Shown: positions 1 through 10,725, counted from the first letter of the stretch. The stretch is DNA of 64,000 bases from an uncultured Desulfatitalea sp. (GCA_963668675.2 CAXXMB010000002.1:2560001-2624000), one strand, 5' to 3'. Program-made: numbers and translations. The notes: a model not told the origin generated them from the sequence alone.

Positions 1-1
1 A

Positions 2-1039
2 GGGGATGTGGGCCGCTCGGATTATCCGAAGCTGGTGAAATCGGCACTTCGCAAAATATTCCCCCAGGTGACCGGACGGAGTGACAAGCGCGGCTTATAC
101 GCCTTGGTCAGTTCCGGCGCGGCTTTTCAACTGCGCAGCATGGTATTGGAAGACCGCTCCACCATTGGCCGGACGATCTCTGTCTGGGTGCCGGCCGATG
201 ACGATGTGGATATGCTGATCAAGGGGCATCTGCTGCGCGACAGCGGCAGGCTGTCCGAAAAGCAGCTCGCCTGGATCGACCATTTAAAGGAAGATGGCCG
301 GCTGCGTAAAAAATTCAACACCGCCTTTTTTACAGCCGGCGATAGTCGCGAACCCGAGTTGGCCGGCATTTGGGGGGCGGTTTGCGGGAGCTTCTTTACC
401 TTGTTGATTACGCTGCTGCTCTCGTTTCCCATCGGTGTCGCTTCGGCTGTCTACCTGGAGGAGTTTGCACCCAAAAACCGTTGGACCGATCTGATCGAGG
501 TCAACATCAACAATTTGGCGGCCGTGCCATCCATTGTCTTCGGATTGCTTGGCCTGGCGGTGTTCCTCAACGCTTTTGGCCTGCCCCGCTCGGCCCCCAT
601 CGTTGGGGGATTGGTACTCTCCCTCATGACCCTGCCGACGATTATCATCGCGAGCCGTGCCGCCTTGCAGTCCGTACCGCCCTCCATCCGCGAGGCGGCC
701 CTGGGTGTGGGGGCAAGTAAAATGCAGATGATTCTGCACCATGTGCTGCCGCTTGCGCTGCCCGGAATGCTAACCGGCACCATCATCGGCATGGCCCGGG
801 CATTAGGGGAGACGGCACCGCTGTTGATGATCGGTATGGTGGCATTTATCGTGGATATCCCCAACGGCATCTCCGACCCTTCGGCTGTGTTGCCGGTTCA
901 GATCTATCTTTGGGCCGACAGCCCCGAACGGGCCTTTGTTGAAAGAACTTCGGCCGCCACAATGGCGCTGCTGATCTTTTTGATCGCCATGAACGGGCTG
1001 GCCGTCGTTTTGCGAAAGAAGTTCGAACGCCGCTGGTAG
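2..1039 (+). CDS. pstA: Phosphate ABC transporter permease PstA (5' end outside the window)
   Basis: Hydrophobic protein with EVNINNLAAVPSIVFG, an EAA loop (REAALGVGASK) and ARALGETAPL. The frame is open to the window edge. Confidence 0.93.
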   Translation, partial: GDVGRSDYPKLVKSALRKIFPQVTGRSDKRGLYALVSSGAAFQLRSMVLEDRSTIGRTISVWVPADDDVDMLIKGHLLRDSGRLSEKQLAWIDHLKEDGRLRKKFNTAFFTAGDSREPELAGIWGAVCGSFFTLLITLLLSFPIGVASAVYLEEFAPKNRWTDLIEVNINNLAAVPSIVFGLLGLAVFLNAFGLPRSAPIVGGLVLSLMTLPTIIIASRAALQSVPPSIREAALGVGASKMQMILHHVLPLALPGMLTGTIIGMARALGETAPLLMIGMVAFIVDIPNGISDPSAVLPVQIYLWADSPERAFVERTSAATMALLIFLIAMNGLAVVLRKKFERRW

Positions 1040-1126
1040 CCTGCATGGTGACAGTGCGGGAAGTAATCGGGCGGTATTTCAGTTGTGAAGACGAATTTGA
1101 ACAATAAACATCCTAAGGAGGAAAAC

Positions 1127-2191
1127 ATGTTGAGAAAGACCCTTACCCTATCGATTGTGACTGCATTTATTGTGGCGGGCAGCGTGGGTATGGCTGCAGC
1201 CGCAGCCCGTGACTATGTGAGCATCGTCGGTTCGTCCACGGTTTACCCGTTTGCCACAGTGGTGGCGGAGCAGTTTGGAAAGACCACCTCTTTTAAAACG
1301 CCCAAAATAGAGTCCACCGGTTCAGGTGGCGGGTTGAAGCTTTTTTGTGCCGGTGTCGGGGTCGAACACCCGGATATCACCAATGCCAGCCGCCGTATCA
1401 AGAAATCGGAGTTTCAGATGTGTTCAGACAACGGCGTCAACGGTATCATTGAAGTAAAGATCGGATATGACGGCATCGTCGTGGCGAATTCCAAGAAGAC
1501 CGCTCAGCAGAAGTTGACCCGCAAAGAGCTCTATCTGGCCTTGGCAAAGCAGGTCCCGGACCCCAAGGGCGGTGAGAAGCTGGTCGCCAATCCTTATAAA
1601 ACCTGGAAGGACGTCAACGCTTCTCTGCCGGCTGTTAAAATTGAAGTGCTCGGTCCGCCGCCGACCTCGGGTACCCGGGATGCTTTTGTCGAACTGGTGA
1701 TGGAGAGCGGGGCCAAATCCTTTGGTTGGTTGAATGCGTTGAAAGAGACAGACAAAAAGCAGTTTAAGGCCGTTGCCCACACCGTCCGCGAAGATGGCGC
1801 CTACATCGAAGCCGGCGAAAACGACAACTTAATTGTTCAAAAGCTGGAAGCCAATCCCGACGCCATGGGGATCTTCGGTTTCAGCTTTCTCGACCAGAAC
1901 AGCGACAAGATCCAGGGCGCCCAAGTCGATGGTGTGAGCCCAACCTTTGAAGCCATTGCTGACGGCAGCTACCCGGTTTCCCGGCCGCTCTTCTTTTACG
2001 TAAAGAAGGCCCATGTCGGCCAAATCCCCGGCATTAAGGAGTACCTTGGTGAGTTCACCTCCGACAAAGCATGGGGAGAAGAGGGGTATCTGGCCGACAA
2101 AGGCCTGATTCCCATGCCCGATGCAGAGCGCAAGCAGTTCAGCTCGGATGTCAAAAACCTGAAGCCGCTTATGGCCGATCAACTTAAATAG
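1127..2191 (+). CDS. pstS: Phosphate ABC transporter substrate-binding protein PstS
   Basis: Signal peptide, IVGSSTVYPF, ESTGSGGG and YPVSRPLFFY motifs. AAGGAGG RBS before ATG 1127. Confidence 0.93.
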   Translation: MLRKTLTLSIVTAFIVAGSVGMAAAAARDYVSIVGSSTVYPFATVVAEQFGKTTSFKTPKIESTGSGGGLKLFCAGVGVEHPDITNASRRIKKSEFQMCSDNGVNGIIEVKIGYDGIVVANSKKTAQQKLTRKELYLALAKQVPDPKGGEKLVANPYKTWKDVNASLPAVKIEVLGPPPTSGTRDAFVELVMESGAKSFGWLNALKETDKKQFKAVAHTVREDGAYIEAGENDNLIVQKLEANPDAMGIFGFSFLDQNSDKIQGAQVDGVSPTFEAIADGSYPVSRPLFFYVKKAHVGQIPGIKEYLGEFTSDKAWGEEGYLADKGLIPMPDAERKQFSSDVKNLKPLMADQLK

Positions 2192-2325
2192 GTGTCCTGA
2201 TCACATCATAGGACCTGATCGGAGCGCCGCAGGTTTGCCTTGCGGTGCTCCGCGTGCTAATGGGGAGAAATGGTCCCATGGCAGTCGCGTTTCAGAGCAA
2301 TCAGATGTTAAAAAGGGAGTTTGGT

Positions 2326-3198
2326 GTGGGTAGCGACAAGCAGTCAGATGACAAGCCGGTGAAGGGTGCAACCAAAGGCATTGAGGACCCGCCCTACACG
2401 AAAAAGGGGGATGGGAAAACAGTCGGTCAACCGTTTGTCGATGATCCCCGCATGACATGCCGCAATGTCAATGTCTACTATGGAGAGAAGCACGCCATCT
2501 TGAATGTGTCTCTCGACATCGCCCGCAACCAGGTCATCGCCATGATCGGTCCTTCGGGTTGTGGCAAGTCGACGTTCATTCGATGCCTGAACCGGATGAA
2601 CGATACCATCGACGGGTGCCGAATAACGGGAAATATCCTGCTGGACGGCGTCGATATCTATGGCCGCCAGATCGATGTGGTGCCTTTGCGGGCGCAGGTC
2701 GGTATAGTCTTCCAGAAGCCCAACCCTTTTCCCAAATCGATATACGACAATGTAGCGTATGGCCCCAAAATTCATGGCCTTGCGGGCAACAGGGCCGAAC
2801 TGGACGAGGTCGTCGAGACCTCTTTGCAAAAGGCCGGGTTGTGGGAAGAGGTCAAGGATCGACTTACCCAGCCGGGTACCAGCCTCTCCGGCGGGCAGCA
2901 GCAGCGCTTGTGTATCGCGCGCACCATTGCCGTCAGCCCGGAGGTGATACTGATGGACGAGCCCTGCAGTGCGCTCGATCCCATTGCCACGGGGAAGATT
3001 GAAGAGCTGATCGATGAGCTGCGGCAGCAGTACTCCATTGTGATCGTCACGCACTCCATGCAGCAGGCGGCACGCGTGTCCCAGCGCACCGCCTATTTCC
3101 ACTTGGGAGACTTGATCGAGGTAGGGAATACCGAACAGGTGTTTACTACCCCCACACATAAGCTGACTCAGGACTACATTACCGGGCGATTTGGATAG
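2326..3198 (+). CDS. pstB: Phosphate ABC transporter ATPase PstB (start uncertain)
   Basis: [36 protein letters not shown] and C-terminal [11 protein letters not shown] 2326 follows AGGGAG. Confidence 0.94.
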   Translation: MGSDKQSDDKPVKGATKGIEDPPYTKKGDGKTVGQPFVDDPRMTCRNVNVYYGEKHAILNVSLDIARNQVIAMIGPSGCGKSTFIRCLNRMNDTIDGCRITGNILLDGVDIYGRQIDVVPLRAQVGIVFQKPNPFPKSIYDNVAYGPKIHGLAGNRAELDEVVETSLQKAGLWEEVKDRLTQPGTSLSGGQQQRLCIARTIAVSPEVILMDEPCSALDPIATGKIEELIDELRQQYSIVIVTHSMQQAARVSQRTAYFHLGDLIEVGNTEQVFTTPTHKLTQDYITGRFG

Positions 3199-3320
3199 CG
3201 CCGGTCTCAAATATGGCTTTCCGCCACAATATCATTTGCGGTTAAAATGGGAAGTCGCTGCGAGCGTGACCCCGATCATCTTTCTCGAAGATAGGGTCCG
3301 GTCGATTCCGGGAGGATTTC

Positions 3321-3983
3321 ATGTCCAAGCATTTACGCAGAGAACTGGATAAGATTAAGAAGAAGATGCTCTCTTTGGGCGCCTTGGTCGAAGAGCGGGC
3401 CCGCATGGCCGTTGAGGCGGTCGAGTCCCGTGATGGAGACATTGCGCAGAAGATCATCAATTCGGATTGGGAAATCGATGAGATGGAGGTCGAGATCGAG
3501 GAGGAGTGCCTGAAGATTCTGGCACTTTACCAACCGGTGGCGGTGGATCTGCGCCTTCTCATCGCCACCATCAAGATTAACAACGACCTGGAACGTATCG
3601 GCGACGAAGCGGTCAACATTGCCGAGCGGCTGCAGGTGGTGGCCAAACGACCGCCGTTTGTGTTTGTCTTCGACTACACACCCATGGCCGAAAAGGTGCT
3701 CGCCATGCTCAAAATGAGCCTGGACGCCCTGGTCAACCTCGATGTTGACCTGGCGTTCAAGGTGATTTTCATGGATGACGAGGTCGACGAGATTCAGGTT
3801 CAAGCCTACCAACGCATCAAGCAGGCCATTAAGGAGCATCCCGACCGTGTAAGCTATCTCATCAATCTACTCCTCATTTCACGCCATCTGGAGCGTCTGG
3901 CCGATCACAGCACCAACGTCGCCGAAGAGGTGATCCATCTCATCGAAGGCGAAATCGTACGCCACGGCAAACGACCCGAATAG
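3321..3983 (+). CDS. phoU: Phosphate signalling protein PhoU
   Basis: Two PhoU repeats (DLERIGD, HLERLADH); follows pstB. Confidence 0.93.
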   Translation: MSKHLRRELDKIKKKMLSLGALVEERARMAVEAVESRDGDIAQKIINSDWEIDEMEVEIEEECLKILALYQPVAVDLRLLIATIKINNDLERIGDEAVNIAERLQVVAKRPPFVFVFDYTPMAEKVLAMLKMSLDALVNLDVDLAFKVIFMDDEVDEIQVQAYQRIKQAIKEHPDRVSYLINLLLISRHLERLADHSTNVAEEVIHLIEGEIVRHGKRPE

Positions 3984-3995
3984 TCTCTTCCAAAC

Positions 3996-4622
3996 CTATG
4001 GTGTGACTTGATAAGTGCACAGCTTGCAGGTCACGCCCTCTTTCTTCAGATAGTCGGTATCCACCATGGAGAGCAGTTCCCACGACCGTTTCTGTTCGAG
4101 TTCGATCATGCGCTGGCGGTAACCATACTCTTCATAGGCGCCTTCCCGAATGGTAAAGCAGATCATCCCGCCGGGCCGTGTAATGCGGACCAACTCATCG
4201 AGCGCATCGGCCTCGACATGGCCGAACGTAAAGGTGCCGGTGCACACCACCGCATCGTACCGGTCGTCCTCCATCTTCAACGGTTGGCTCATGTCCGCCT
4301 GAATCAATCCCTGGTAGATCTCTTTTTTGCCGGCTTCATCGAGCATCTCCCTGGAGTAGTCCAATGCATCCATGCGGACATAGCCCATCTTCTGCAGCTC
4401 TTCTCCGACCAGTCCGGTACCGGCGCCGGCGTCGAGTATTCTGGCGTTTTTGCTGTCCAGCACCCGATCCAGCGCCTTGGCACTCTCGATATGAGCCACG
4501 TATCCGAAAGCGTCAACCGTGTCGGCTTCATAATCCGAAGCCCAATCCTTATAAGCGTCCATGAGCTCTTCATGGTTTTTTGCGGTATAGACCTTATTCA
4601 GCGTCTTATTCTCGCTTCGCAT
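3996..4622 (-). CDS. Class I SAM-dependent methyltransferase
   Basis: ILDAGAGTGLVG motif I, DYSREML and GTFTFGHV. Confidence 0.85.
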   Translation of the reverse strand: MRSENKTLNKVYTAKNHEELMDAYKDWASDYEADTVDAFGYVAHIESAKALDRVLDSKNARILDAGAGTGLVGEELQKMGYVRMDALDYSREMLDEAGKKEIYQGLIQADMSQPLKMEDDRYDAVVCTGTFTFGHVEADALDELVRITRPGGMICFTIREGAYEEYGYRQRMIELEQKRSWELLSMVDTDYLKKEGVTCKLCTYQVTP

Positions 4623-4638
4623 TGCATCTCCTTTGGTT

Positions 4639-5268
4639 CTAATTGTCGTTCACCTGATAGACACAGAATCTGGCCGTAACCTCCTCCTTGACCAGGTAGT
4701 CTTCCTGGCGCATCTCCTGAAGCCGCCACGTGTTATCGGCTTCGAGTTGAAGCATTTTGCTGCGATAGTCATACGCTTCATAAGCGCCGTCTCTAATGGT
4801 AAAACAGATGACGCCGCCGGGCCGGGTCACGCGCACAAGCTCGTCGAAAGCGTCAGGGCCGACGTGGGCATAGGTGAAGGTGCCGACACAGATCGTGGCG
4901 TCATAGAGATCGGACGGCAAGTCGAGCCGCCGGTTCATGTCCGCATGAAACACGTTGTTGTAGACCGCTTTGCGTTCCGCTTGCTGGAGCATGTCCGGGG
5001 AGTAGTCCATGGCCTCGACGTTCTCATATCCCATTGCGTTGAGGACTTCACCGACCAATCCGGTGCCGCAGCCCGCATCGAGAACCCGTGCGTTTTTGGA
5101 GTCGAGATGGTCATCCAAAATTCTGGCCGCCACTTTCGGTCCCACATATCCCATGACCTGGCACGTGTCGCGATCGTAGTCGCAAGCCCAATGACTGTAA
5201 GCTTCGTTGAGTTCATCCTGTGTTTCGGCCTCGTACGTGTTTTTCCATAGTTCTGGTGTCGTTTTCAT
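4639..5268 (-). CDS. Class I SAM-dependent methyltransferase (paralog of the adjacent gene)
   Basis: VLDAGCGTGLVG and GTFTYAHV; shares the ELVRxTRPGG-ICFTIR motif with 3996-4622. Confidence 0.85.
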   Translation of the reverse strand: MKTTPELWKNTYEAETQDELNEAYSHWACDYDRDTCQVMGYVGPKVAARILDDHLDSKNARVLDAGCGTGLVGEVLNAMGYENVEAMDYSPDMLQQAERKAVYNNVFHADMNRRLDLPSDLYDATICVGTFTYAHVGPDAFDELVRVTRPGGVICFTIRDGAYEAYDYRSKMLQLEADNTWRLQEMRQEDYLVKEEVTARFCVYQVNDN

Positions 5269-5746
5269 GATGGATCTATCTCCTTGGGCCCGATGTGTGC
5301 AATGGGGGGCCTCCCACCGATGGGTTTCCCGGCCGGCCGCATGGAAACTAAGCCGATGGTGGCTTCGACTGGGTGCGGCCGGTAGCTCTCCTCCAGGGGG
5401 TGACTGCCAGGGTCTTGATCATCATAAGGCTGAATGACCTGCGGCGATAACGTGCGATGGGTATCAAGATGTTCTGTTCAAGTGGCGAACCCGGCTTTGG
5501 GAGAGCACGAAATTTAATAGTACACGATGCAAAAAAGCCGGACACGACAAGCTGGCACATAGTGATTAACGTGTTAGAAGACAGTTAAAAATATTAATAT
5601 TAGGAAAATCCGCCCTTGTTTGAGGCCGATAAATATATCGAATACGATGTATTGTCAAGCCCCCCATCTCCGAAGGTGGGAGAGGGTGCTCACGCCTTAT
5701 CAAGCCAGGCGGCCAGGGATGACCCGATCATGGCGATACACTCCCT

Positions 5747-5818
5747 ACCTTTAATAAACTCGGTGTCAATGACCGCACCCAAGCTTCTGTTTGGGCTGCA
5801 TCCCACGGCCTCCTTTAG
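5747..5818 (+). pseudogene. C-terminal remnant of a LuxR/NarL HTH regulator
   Basis: Translates to TFNKLGVNDRTQASVWAASHGLL*, the typical end of a LuxR HTH. An in-frame stop lies at 5720 with no start in between. Confidence 0.55.
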
Positions 5819-5880
5819 CGATATCCCTGCCGCTGCCCATGCTATACGGCGATCGCAACGGTATTTCATACTTAATTGGT

Positions 5881-5900
5881 ATATCTTGACATCAAGATAT
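5881..5900. promoter_or_regulatory. Palindromic MarR operator overlapping the -35 TTGACA
   Basis: ATATCTTGA-CA-TCAAGATAT, a perfect 9-bp inverted repeat directly upstream of the MarR gene. Confidence 0.7.
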
Positions 5901-5919
5901 GCTGTCATACCCTTTCAGC

Positions 5920-6348
5920 ATGCAAACAGCACCCCACATACGACTTGTTTTATGGAAGACCGCCAAGGCTGTTGACAAGATCGACCGCGCCAGCATCGCC
6001 GAAACCGGTTTGCATATCAGTGATTTTACCATTCTGGAGGTGTTGCTGCACAAAGGGCCGTTGCCGATCAGCGTTATTGGCGAAAAGGTCCTGCTCACCA
6101 GCGGTTCGATGACGGCAGCCGTCAATCGATTGGAGCGCAGGGGCTTGGTACGGCGTTCCCAGGATCCTTCGGACGGCCGCTTCTTCCATGTTCATCTGAC
6201 CGCTGCAGGGCGAAAGGAGATCAAACGGGCCTACGCCGCCCATGAGCAGAACTTGGAGGCTGTCGCCGGCGCTTTGACCGACCGGGAACGCGATGAACTT
6301 GTCCGCCTGCTGAAAAAGCTTGGCTGTCATGCCGAAGCGATGGTTTGA
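5920..6348 (+). CDS. MarR-family regulator (MhqR-like)
   Basis: wHTH sequence SGSMTAAVNRLERRGLVRR..D.R...VHLT..G; lies upstream of the dioxygenase and wrbA. Confidence 0.88.
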   Translation: MQTAPHIRLVLWKTAKAVDKIDRASIAETGLHISDFTILEVLLHKGPLPISVIGEKVLLTSGSMTAAVNRLERRGLVRRSQDPSDGRFFHVHLTAAGRKEIKRAYAAHEQNLEAVAGALTDRERDELVRLLKKLGCHAEAMV

Positions 6349-6382
6349 CTTGCTATACTAATTCAAAATGATGAGGTTCATT

Positions 6383-7366
6383 ATGAATGCAATCCCTGAC
6401 ATATCAGGCATCCACCATATCACTGCCGTATCTTCGAATGCAGCCCAAAATCTATTCTTCTATACCGAAGTGCTTGGCCTGCGTCTGGTCAAGCGGACAG
6501 TCAATTTTGACGATCCTTACACCTACCATCTCTACTACGGTGATAAAAAGGGGCATCCGGGTACAATATTGACCTTTTTCCCACGGGAGGATCTCCCCAG
6601 GGGCAGGCCCGGCGCGGGTGCGTTAACAGCGATAGCTTTTGCCGTCCCAGCCGAAGCCATCTATTTTTGGAGCGAACGGCTCGTCAGCAGTGGCGTGACG
6701 GTGAAGATGGAGGAGCGCTTCGGCGACCGGGTGATTCGATTCTCCGACCCGGACGGGTTGCCGCTGGAGTTGGTTGGAGAGGAGCGTCCGCCGATTATTT
6801 CAAACTGGGAGCGCGGCCCCATTCCGGATGCGAGTGCCATTCGGGGGGTTCACTCGGCCACCGCCACGGTGAATCTCTTCGATCCCGAAGCGACGCTGGT
6901 TGCGGACGTTATGGGGATGCGGTTGGTCGATCGTGATGGAGGCCGATATCGGTACAAGATGGATGATTGGGAGTCACCGGGCCGCTGGTTCGATTTGAAG
7001 ATCGATCCCAATGCCCGCCCGGCGTCCATGGGCAGCGGGACCGTGCACCACATCGCTTTTCGCACAGAGGACGATCTGACCCAAAGCCGCTGGCAGGAGA
7101 TCCTGAGGGGTTTGGGATACAACGCCACCGACGTGCGGGACAGAAACTACTTCCGCTCGATTTACTTCAGAACGCCGGCAAACATCTTATTCGAGATGGC
7201 CACCGATCCACCCGGCTTTGGGGTTGATGAATCCGTCGAGCGGCTCGGCACATCACTTCAGCTGCCGAAACCGTATGAGGGCATGCGTGAAGAGATCGTT
7301 CGGCAGTTACCTCCGCTGTGTGGCGACGAACTGCCTTGCAATATTGAAAATGCGATGGCGGCATAA
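6383..7366 (+). CDS. Ring-cleaving dioxygenase, glyoxalase/VOC family (MhqO-like)
   Basis: GIHHIT, KRTVNFDDPYTYHLYYG, GTVHHIAFR, DRNYFRSIYF and EMATDPPGF. Confidence 0.9.
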   Translation: MNAIPDISGIHHITAVSSNAAQNLFFYTEVLGLRLVKRTVNFDDPYTYHLYYGDKKGHPGTILTFFPREDLPRGRPGAGALTAIAFAVPAEAIYFWSERLVSSGVTVKMEERFGDRVIRFSDPDGLPLELVGEERPPIISNWERGPIPDASAIRGVHSATATVNLFDPEATLVADVMGMRLVDRDGGRYRYKMDDWESPGRWFDLKIDPNARPASMGSGTVHHIAFRTEDDLTQSRWQEILRGLGYNATDVRDRNYFRSIYFRTPANILFEMATDPPGFGVDESVERLGTSLQLPKPYEGMREEIVRQLPPLCGDELPCNIENAMAA

Positions 7367-7421
7367 TCGTAAAGACCGGGCCTGAACCCAAACCAACTTC
7401 ACAGAAAGGATAAAAACCACC

Positions 7422-8033
7422 ATGAAAATCTTGATCGTTTACTACTCGACATATGGTCATGTTCATCAAATGGCGGAAGCAATGGCCGAAGGGGCCCGCC
7501 AGGTGCAGGACGCCGAGGTGGAGCTTCGTCGCGTGCCGGAAACCCTGCCCGATGAGATCCTGGAGAAGATGGGGGCGCTGGAGGCCCAGAAAGCGTTTGC
7601 CCATATTCCGGTCTGCACTGTAGAGGAGTTGGCTTCGGCCGACGCCATCATCTTCGGGACGCCCACCCGATTCGGCAACATGTGTGGCCAGATGCGCCAG
7701 TTTCTGGATGCCACCGGCCAGCTCTGGTCGGAGGGGGCACTGGTGGGCAAGGTTGGAAGCGTATTCGCCAGCACGGCCACCCAGCACGGCGGGCAGGAAT
7801 CCACCCTGCTCTCATTCCACGTGAGCCTGCTGCACCAAGGGATGGTCATCGTGGGGTTGCCCTATGCCTTCCAGGGACAAATGCGCAACGACGAAATCAC
7901 GGGTGGATCACCATACGGCGCCACCACCATCGCCGGCACATCAGGCGAACGGATGCCGAGCCGAAATGAGCTGGACGCCGCCCGTTTTCAAGGAAAGCAT
8001 GTGGCGACCATCGCCGGTAAGCTGAGGGGATAA
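7422..8033 (+). CDS. wrbA: NAD(P)H:quinone oxidoreductase WrbA
   Basis: [24 protein letters not shown] and GGSPYGA. Confidence 0.94.
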   Translation: MKILIVYYSTYGHVHQMAEAMAEGARQVQDAEVELRRVPETLPDEILEKMGALEAQKAFAHIPVCTVEELASADAIIFGTPTRFGNMCGQMRQFLDATGQLWSEGALVGKVGSVFASTATQHGGQESTLLSFHVSLLHQGMVIVGLPYAFQGQMRNDEITGGSPYGATTIAGTSGERMPSRNELDAARFQGKHVATIAGKLRG

Positions 8034-8112
8034 ACAGTCGCGGGATATACGGAGACAATGACGATGGGGGCTCGGCAAAACGTCAGCCCCCAACCTGCCT
8101 GGATCTTGTGCT

Positions 8113-9087
8113 TCAAAGCCATTTGATTTTTTTAAACCACAGCACCAGAATAATTGCAATTGCCACGATAAGACCCGTAACGATAAAAAACGCCCATTGG
8201 CTGCCTGTTCCCGGAATCCCCCCGACATTGATTCCGAGAAGACCGGTGAGCAGTCCCAGCGGCAGAAAAATGGCCGCTACAATGGAAAGTGTGTAAACGG
8301 CGCGGTTCATCTGTTCGGAGAGACGGCTGTTGAGCTCTTCCTGGGTGATAAGCGCCCGCTCTCTGGCCGCATCGATATCTTCCACAAAGCGTGCCGTTCT
8401 TTCAGCGACTTCCCGCAACTGGGTTCTGTCCGAATCCTGCAGCCAGCCAATCCGTTCATGCGCCAGACGACCCAAAAGATCGCGCTGCGGCGCCACATAG
8501 CGCCTCAAGCTGATGCTTTCACGCCTCAACTCAGCCAGTCTTGGCCGGAGCTCTTCCGTTTCGGCGCTCACGATGGCGTCTTCCACTTCGGCCACCCGGT
8601 CTTCAATATCGGCGACGACGCCGCCGATGCGGTCGGACAGGCGGTCCGCGACGGAGACAAAGAACTCTCCGGGGGTTGCCGGCCCCAATCCCGCCCGCGC
8701 GTCATCATGGACATCCTGAATGGCCATGACACGGTTGCGGCGCATGGTGATGATGCGTTCATTGCTGATAAACATGCGTACGGCCACCATGTCTTCAGGA
8801 TCCGCACCAGGATTGCAGTTGACCCCTCTCAAGATCACAATCGCCCCTCTGTCGGTTGTTGCAATGCGGGGGCGCGTGCCCGATTCCAGCAGGGCCTCCT
8901 TTTCCAGTTGATTTAAACCGCTCTTTTTTTCCAGCCAGTCCAACGCGGTTTCATTGACGGCATCCAGATGAATCCACAGCAAACCCTGTCCCGGTCGCCA
9001 ATCGTCCACATCGGACCAGGTGAGTATCTGTTGCTGTGTCTGATGACCAAGCAGGTGGGCGTATACCAATCCGTCAGCCTTATCCAT
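8113..9087 (-). CDS. zntB: CorA-family zinc transporter ZntB
   Basis: LRGVNCNPGADPEDMVAVR, LGINVGGIPG signature and two C-terminal TM helices. Confidence 0.85.
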   Translation of the reverse strand: MDKADGLVYAHLLGHQTQQQILTWSDVDDWRPGQGLLWIHLDAVNETALDWLEKKSGLNQLEKEALLESGTRPRIATTDRGAIVILRGVNCNPGADPEDMVAVRMFISNERIITMRRNRVMAIQDVHDDARAGLGPATPGEFFVSVADRLSDRIGGVVADIEDRVAEVEDAIVSAETEELRPRLAELRRESISLRRYVAPQRDLLGRLAHERIGWLQDSDRTQLREVAERTARFVEDIDAARERALITQEELNSRLSEQMNRAVYTLSIVAAIFLPLGLLTGLLGINVGGIPGTGSQWAFFIVTGLIVAIAIILVLWFKKIKWL

Positions 9088-9238
9088 TTTGCACGTTTCC
9101 TCTTTATGTTATCGATCCTATCTACCCAATTAAGGGAAAATCCCCACATGCGATCCATGGGAGACTGAACAGCGACACTCCTCGTCTAAACTTCCTGCTC
9201 GAAAACCGAAATATTGCGAGTCGCTATACGATCATTTG

Positions 9239-10627
9239 CTATGCGACACTGTCTTCGCTCCTGTTCAACAGCTCCAATTTGATCTGCCGCTTGTCATCGT
9301 TGGCCAGATGCAGGGTTTGTGTGGGAAAGGCAAAGTTAATCCCCTCAGCATTGAATTGCCGGGTGATCTCGAGGCACGTGCGCTGGACCCAATCCTGGTA
9401 ATCCCACCACTCGGGCGGGTGATACCAGGCCACCACCAGGATATTGAGGCTCCAGTCATTGAATCCGTTGAAGATGGCGCGCGGCGGAAAATCGGGGTGC
9501 ATGCCCTCATGGTCGGCGAGAATGTCGCGGATGATGGCCACCGCTTTCTCGATCTTCTCCGGCGGTGTGTCGTAGGTGATGCCGATGTTGTTCAACCAGC
9601 GGATATGGGGGCGCTTGCTGACATTTTCCAGGCCGGAATTGACCAGCCTTTCGTTCGGAATGGTGACCAGGTTGCCGGGCAACGTTCGTATGCGGGTGCT
9701 GCGAAACCCGACACTCTCCACCGTACCGTCGTAGCTGTCGATAATGATTCTGTCGCCAACCTGGAACGGCTTGTCGAGCAGGATGGTCAACGTCCCGAAG
9801 AAATTGGCGATCGAGTCCTTGGCGGCCAGGGCTACGGCAATACCGCCAATACCCAAAGAGGCCAGTAGAGGACCGATCTGGACACCGGTGAGGTTTTGAA
9901 CTGCGATGACACTGCCCAGAATGATGATGAAAACTCTAAGGGTCTTGCCGAACAGGGGCACCAGGATGTCGTCCAGCGTGCTCTCAGTACTTTTGGCCCA
10001 CTGCATAAGCCTTGCATCGAGCACATTGACGAATTGATAGATGAACCAGAAGAGGGCGACAATACCTCCCAAGGCGGTTGAGCGCTGCAAGATCAAATGG
10101 ACAAGATTGCTGCCGTCAGGCGATTGAAAGTGGCCGTAGAGGGGCGAAAGGGCACCGTAAATACCGTACACCCATATGGCCAGCGTCAAGGGCCGCGTCA
10201 GTGCCCGCAGCATAAGACGGGTCAACGAAATGGCACCCTCCACACGCGGAATAGCATCGATTTTGCGTTGGATCAGCCAGCGAACCATCCGTTCGAAGGA
10301 GACCACGAGAAAGACCAGAAACAGGCAAAACAATATTTTCAGCCAACTGATATCACGATATATTTTTGTGTTGATCCATGCTCCGACGCGATCGGACGCT
10401 TTCTTGCCGAACTGTTCGATTTTTTGCCCGACCTTCTCACCGGCCTTGTCGATTTTGCCCGATTCTGGGACCAGATTGTCGCCTTCATCCGCAGTTTGAT
10501 CGGACGGTTGTTCTGTCGCTGGGTTCTGGGGCGCTTTCGTTTGGGCCCCAACCGTCTGGAAAAGGGGGAACCAGAGCGCCAGAAGAAACATTGAGGCTAA
10601 GATGGCCTTATAGCGCAGGTTTTGCAT
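9239..10627 (-). CDS. MscS-family mechanosensitive channel
   Basis: LLASLGIGGIAVALAAKD, KPFQVGDRI, GFRSTRIRT and GINFAFPTQ. Confidence 0.9.
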   Translation of the reverse strand: MQNLRYKAILASMFLLALWFPLFQTVGAQTKAPQNPATEQPSDQTADEGDNLVPESGKIDKAGEKVGQKIEQFGKKASDRVGAWINTKIYRDISWLKILFCLFLVFLVVSFERMVRWLIQRKIDAIPRVEGAISLTRLMLRALTRPLTLAIWVYGIYGALSPLYGHFQSPDGSNLVHLILQRSTALGGIVALFWFIYQFVNVLDARLMQWAKSTESTLDDILVPLFGKTLRVFIIILGSVIAVQNLTGVQIGPLLASLGIGGIAVALAAKDSIANFFGTLTILLDKPFQVGDRIIIDSYDGTVESVGFRSTRIRTLPGNLVTIPNERLVNSGLENVSKRPHIRWLNNIGITYDTPPEKIEKAVAIIRDILADHEGMHPDFPPRAIFNGFNDWSLNILVVAWYHPPEWWDYQDWVQRTCLEITRQFNAEGINFAFPTQTLHLANDDKRQIKLELLNRSEDSVA

Positions 10628-10725
10628 CCAATTCTCCTAAAACTTTCTGACGATTAAAGATGTGATTTGCTCGAGCGTATTCTTGCGGTTCAAGCCGCTC
10701 TGTCCCACGAAACATCATGCGGCCA

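Noticed and set aside
5696..5790. SAM-I riboswitch (CTTATCAAG...AGGGATGACCCGAT)
   Set aside because: It lacks the GCAAC core and closing GAT helix, and the downstream part is better explained as a LuxR remnant.
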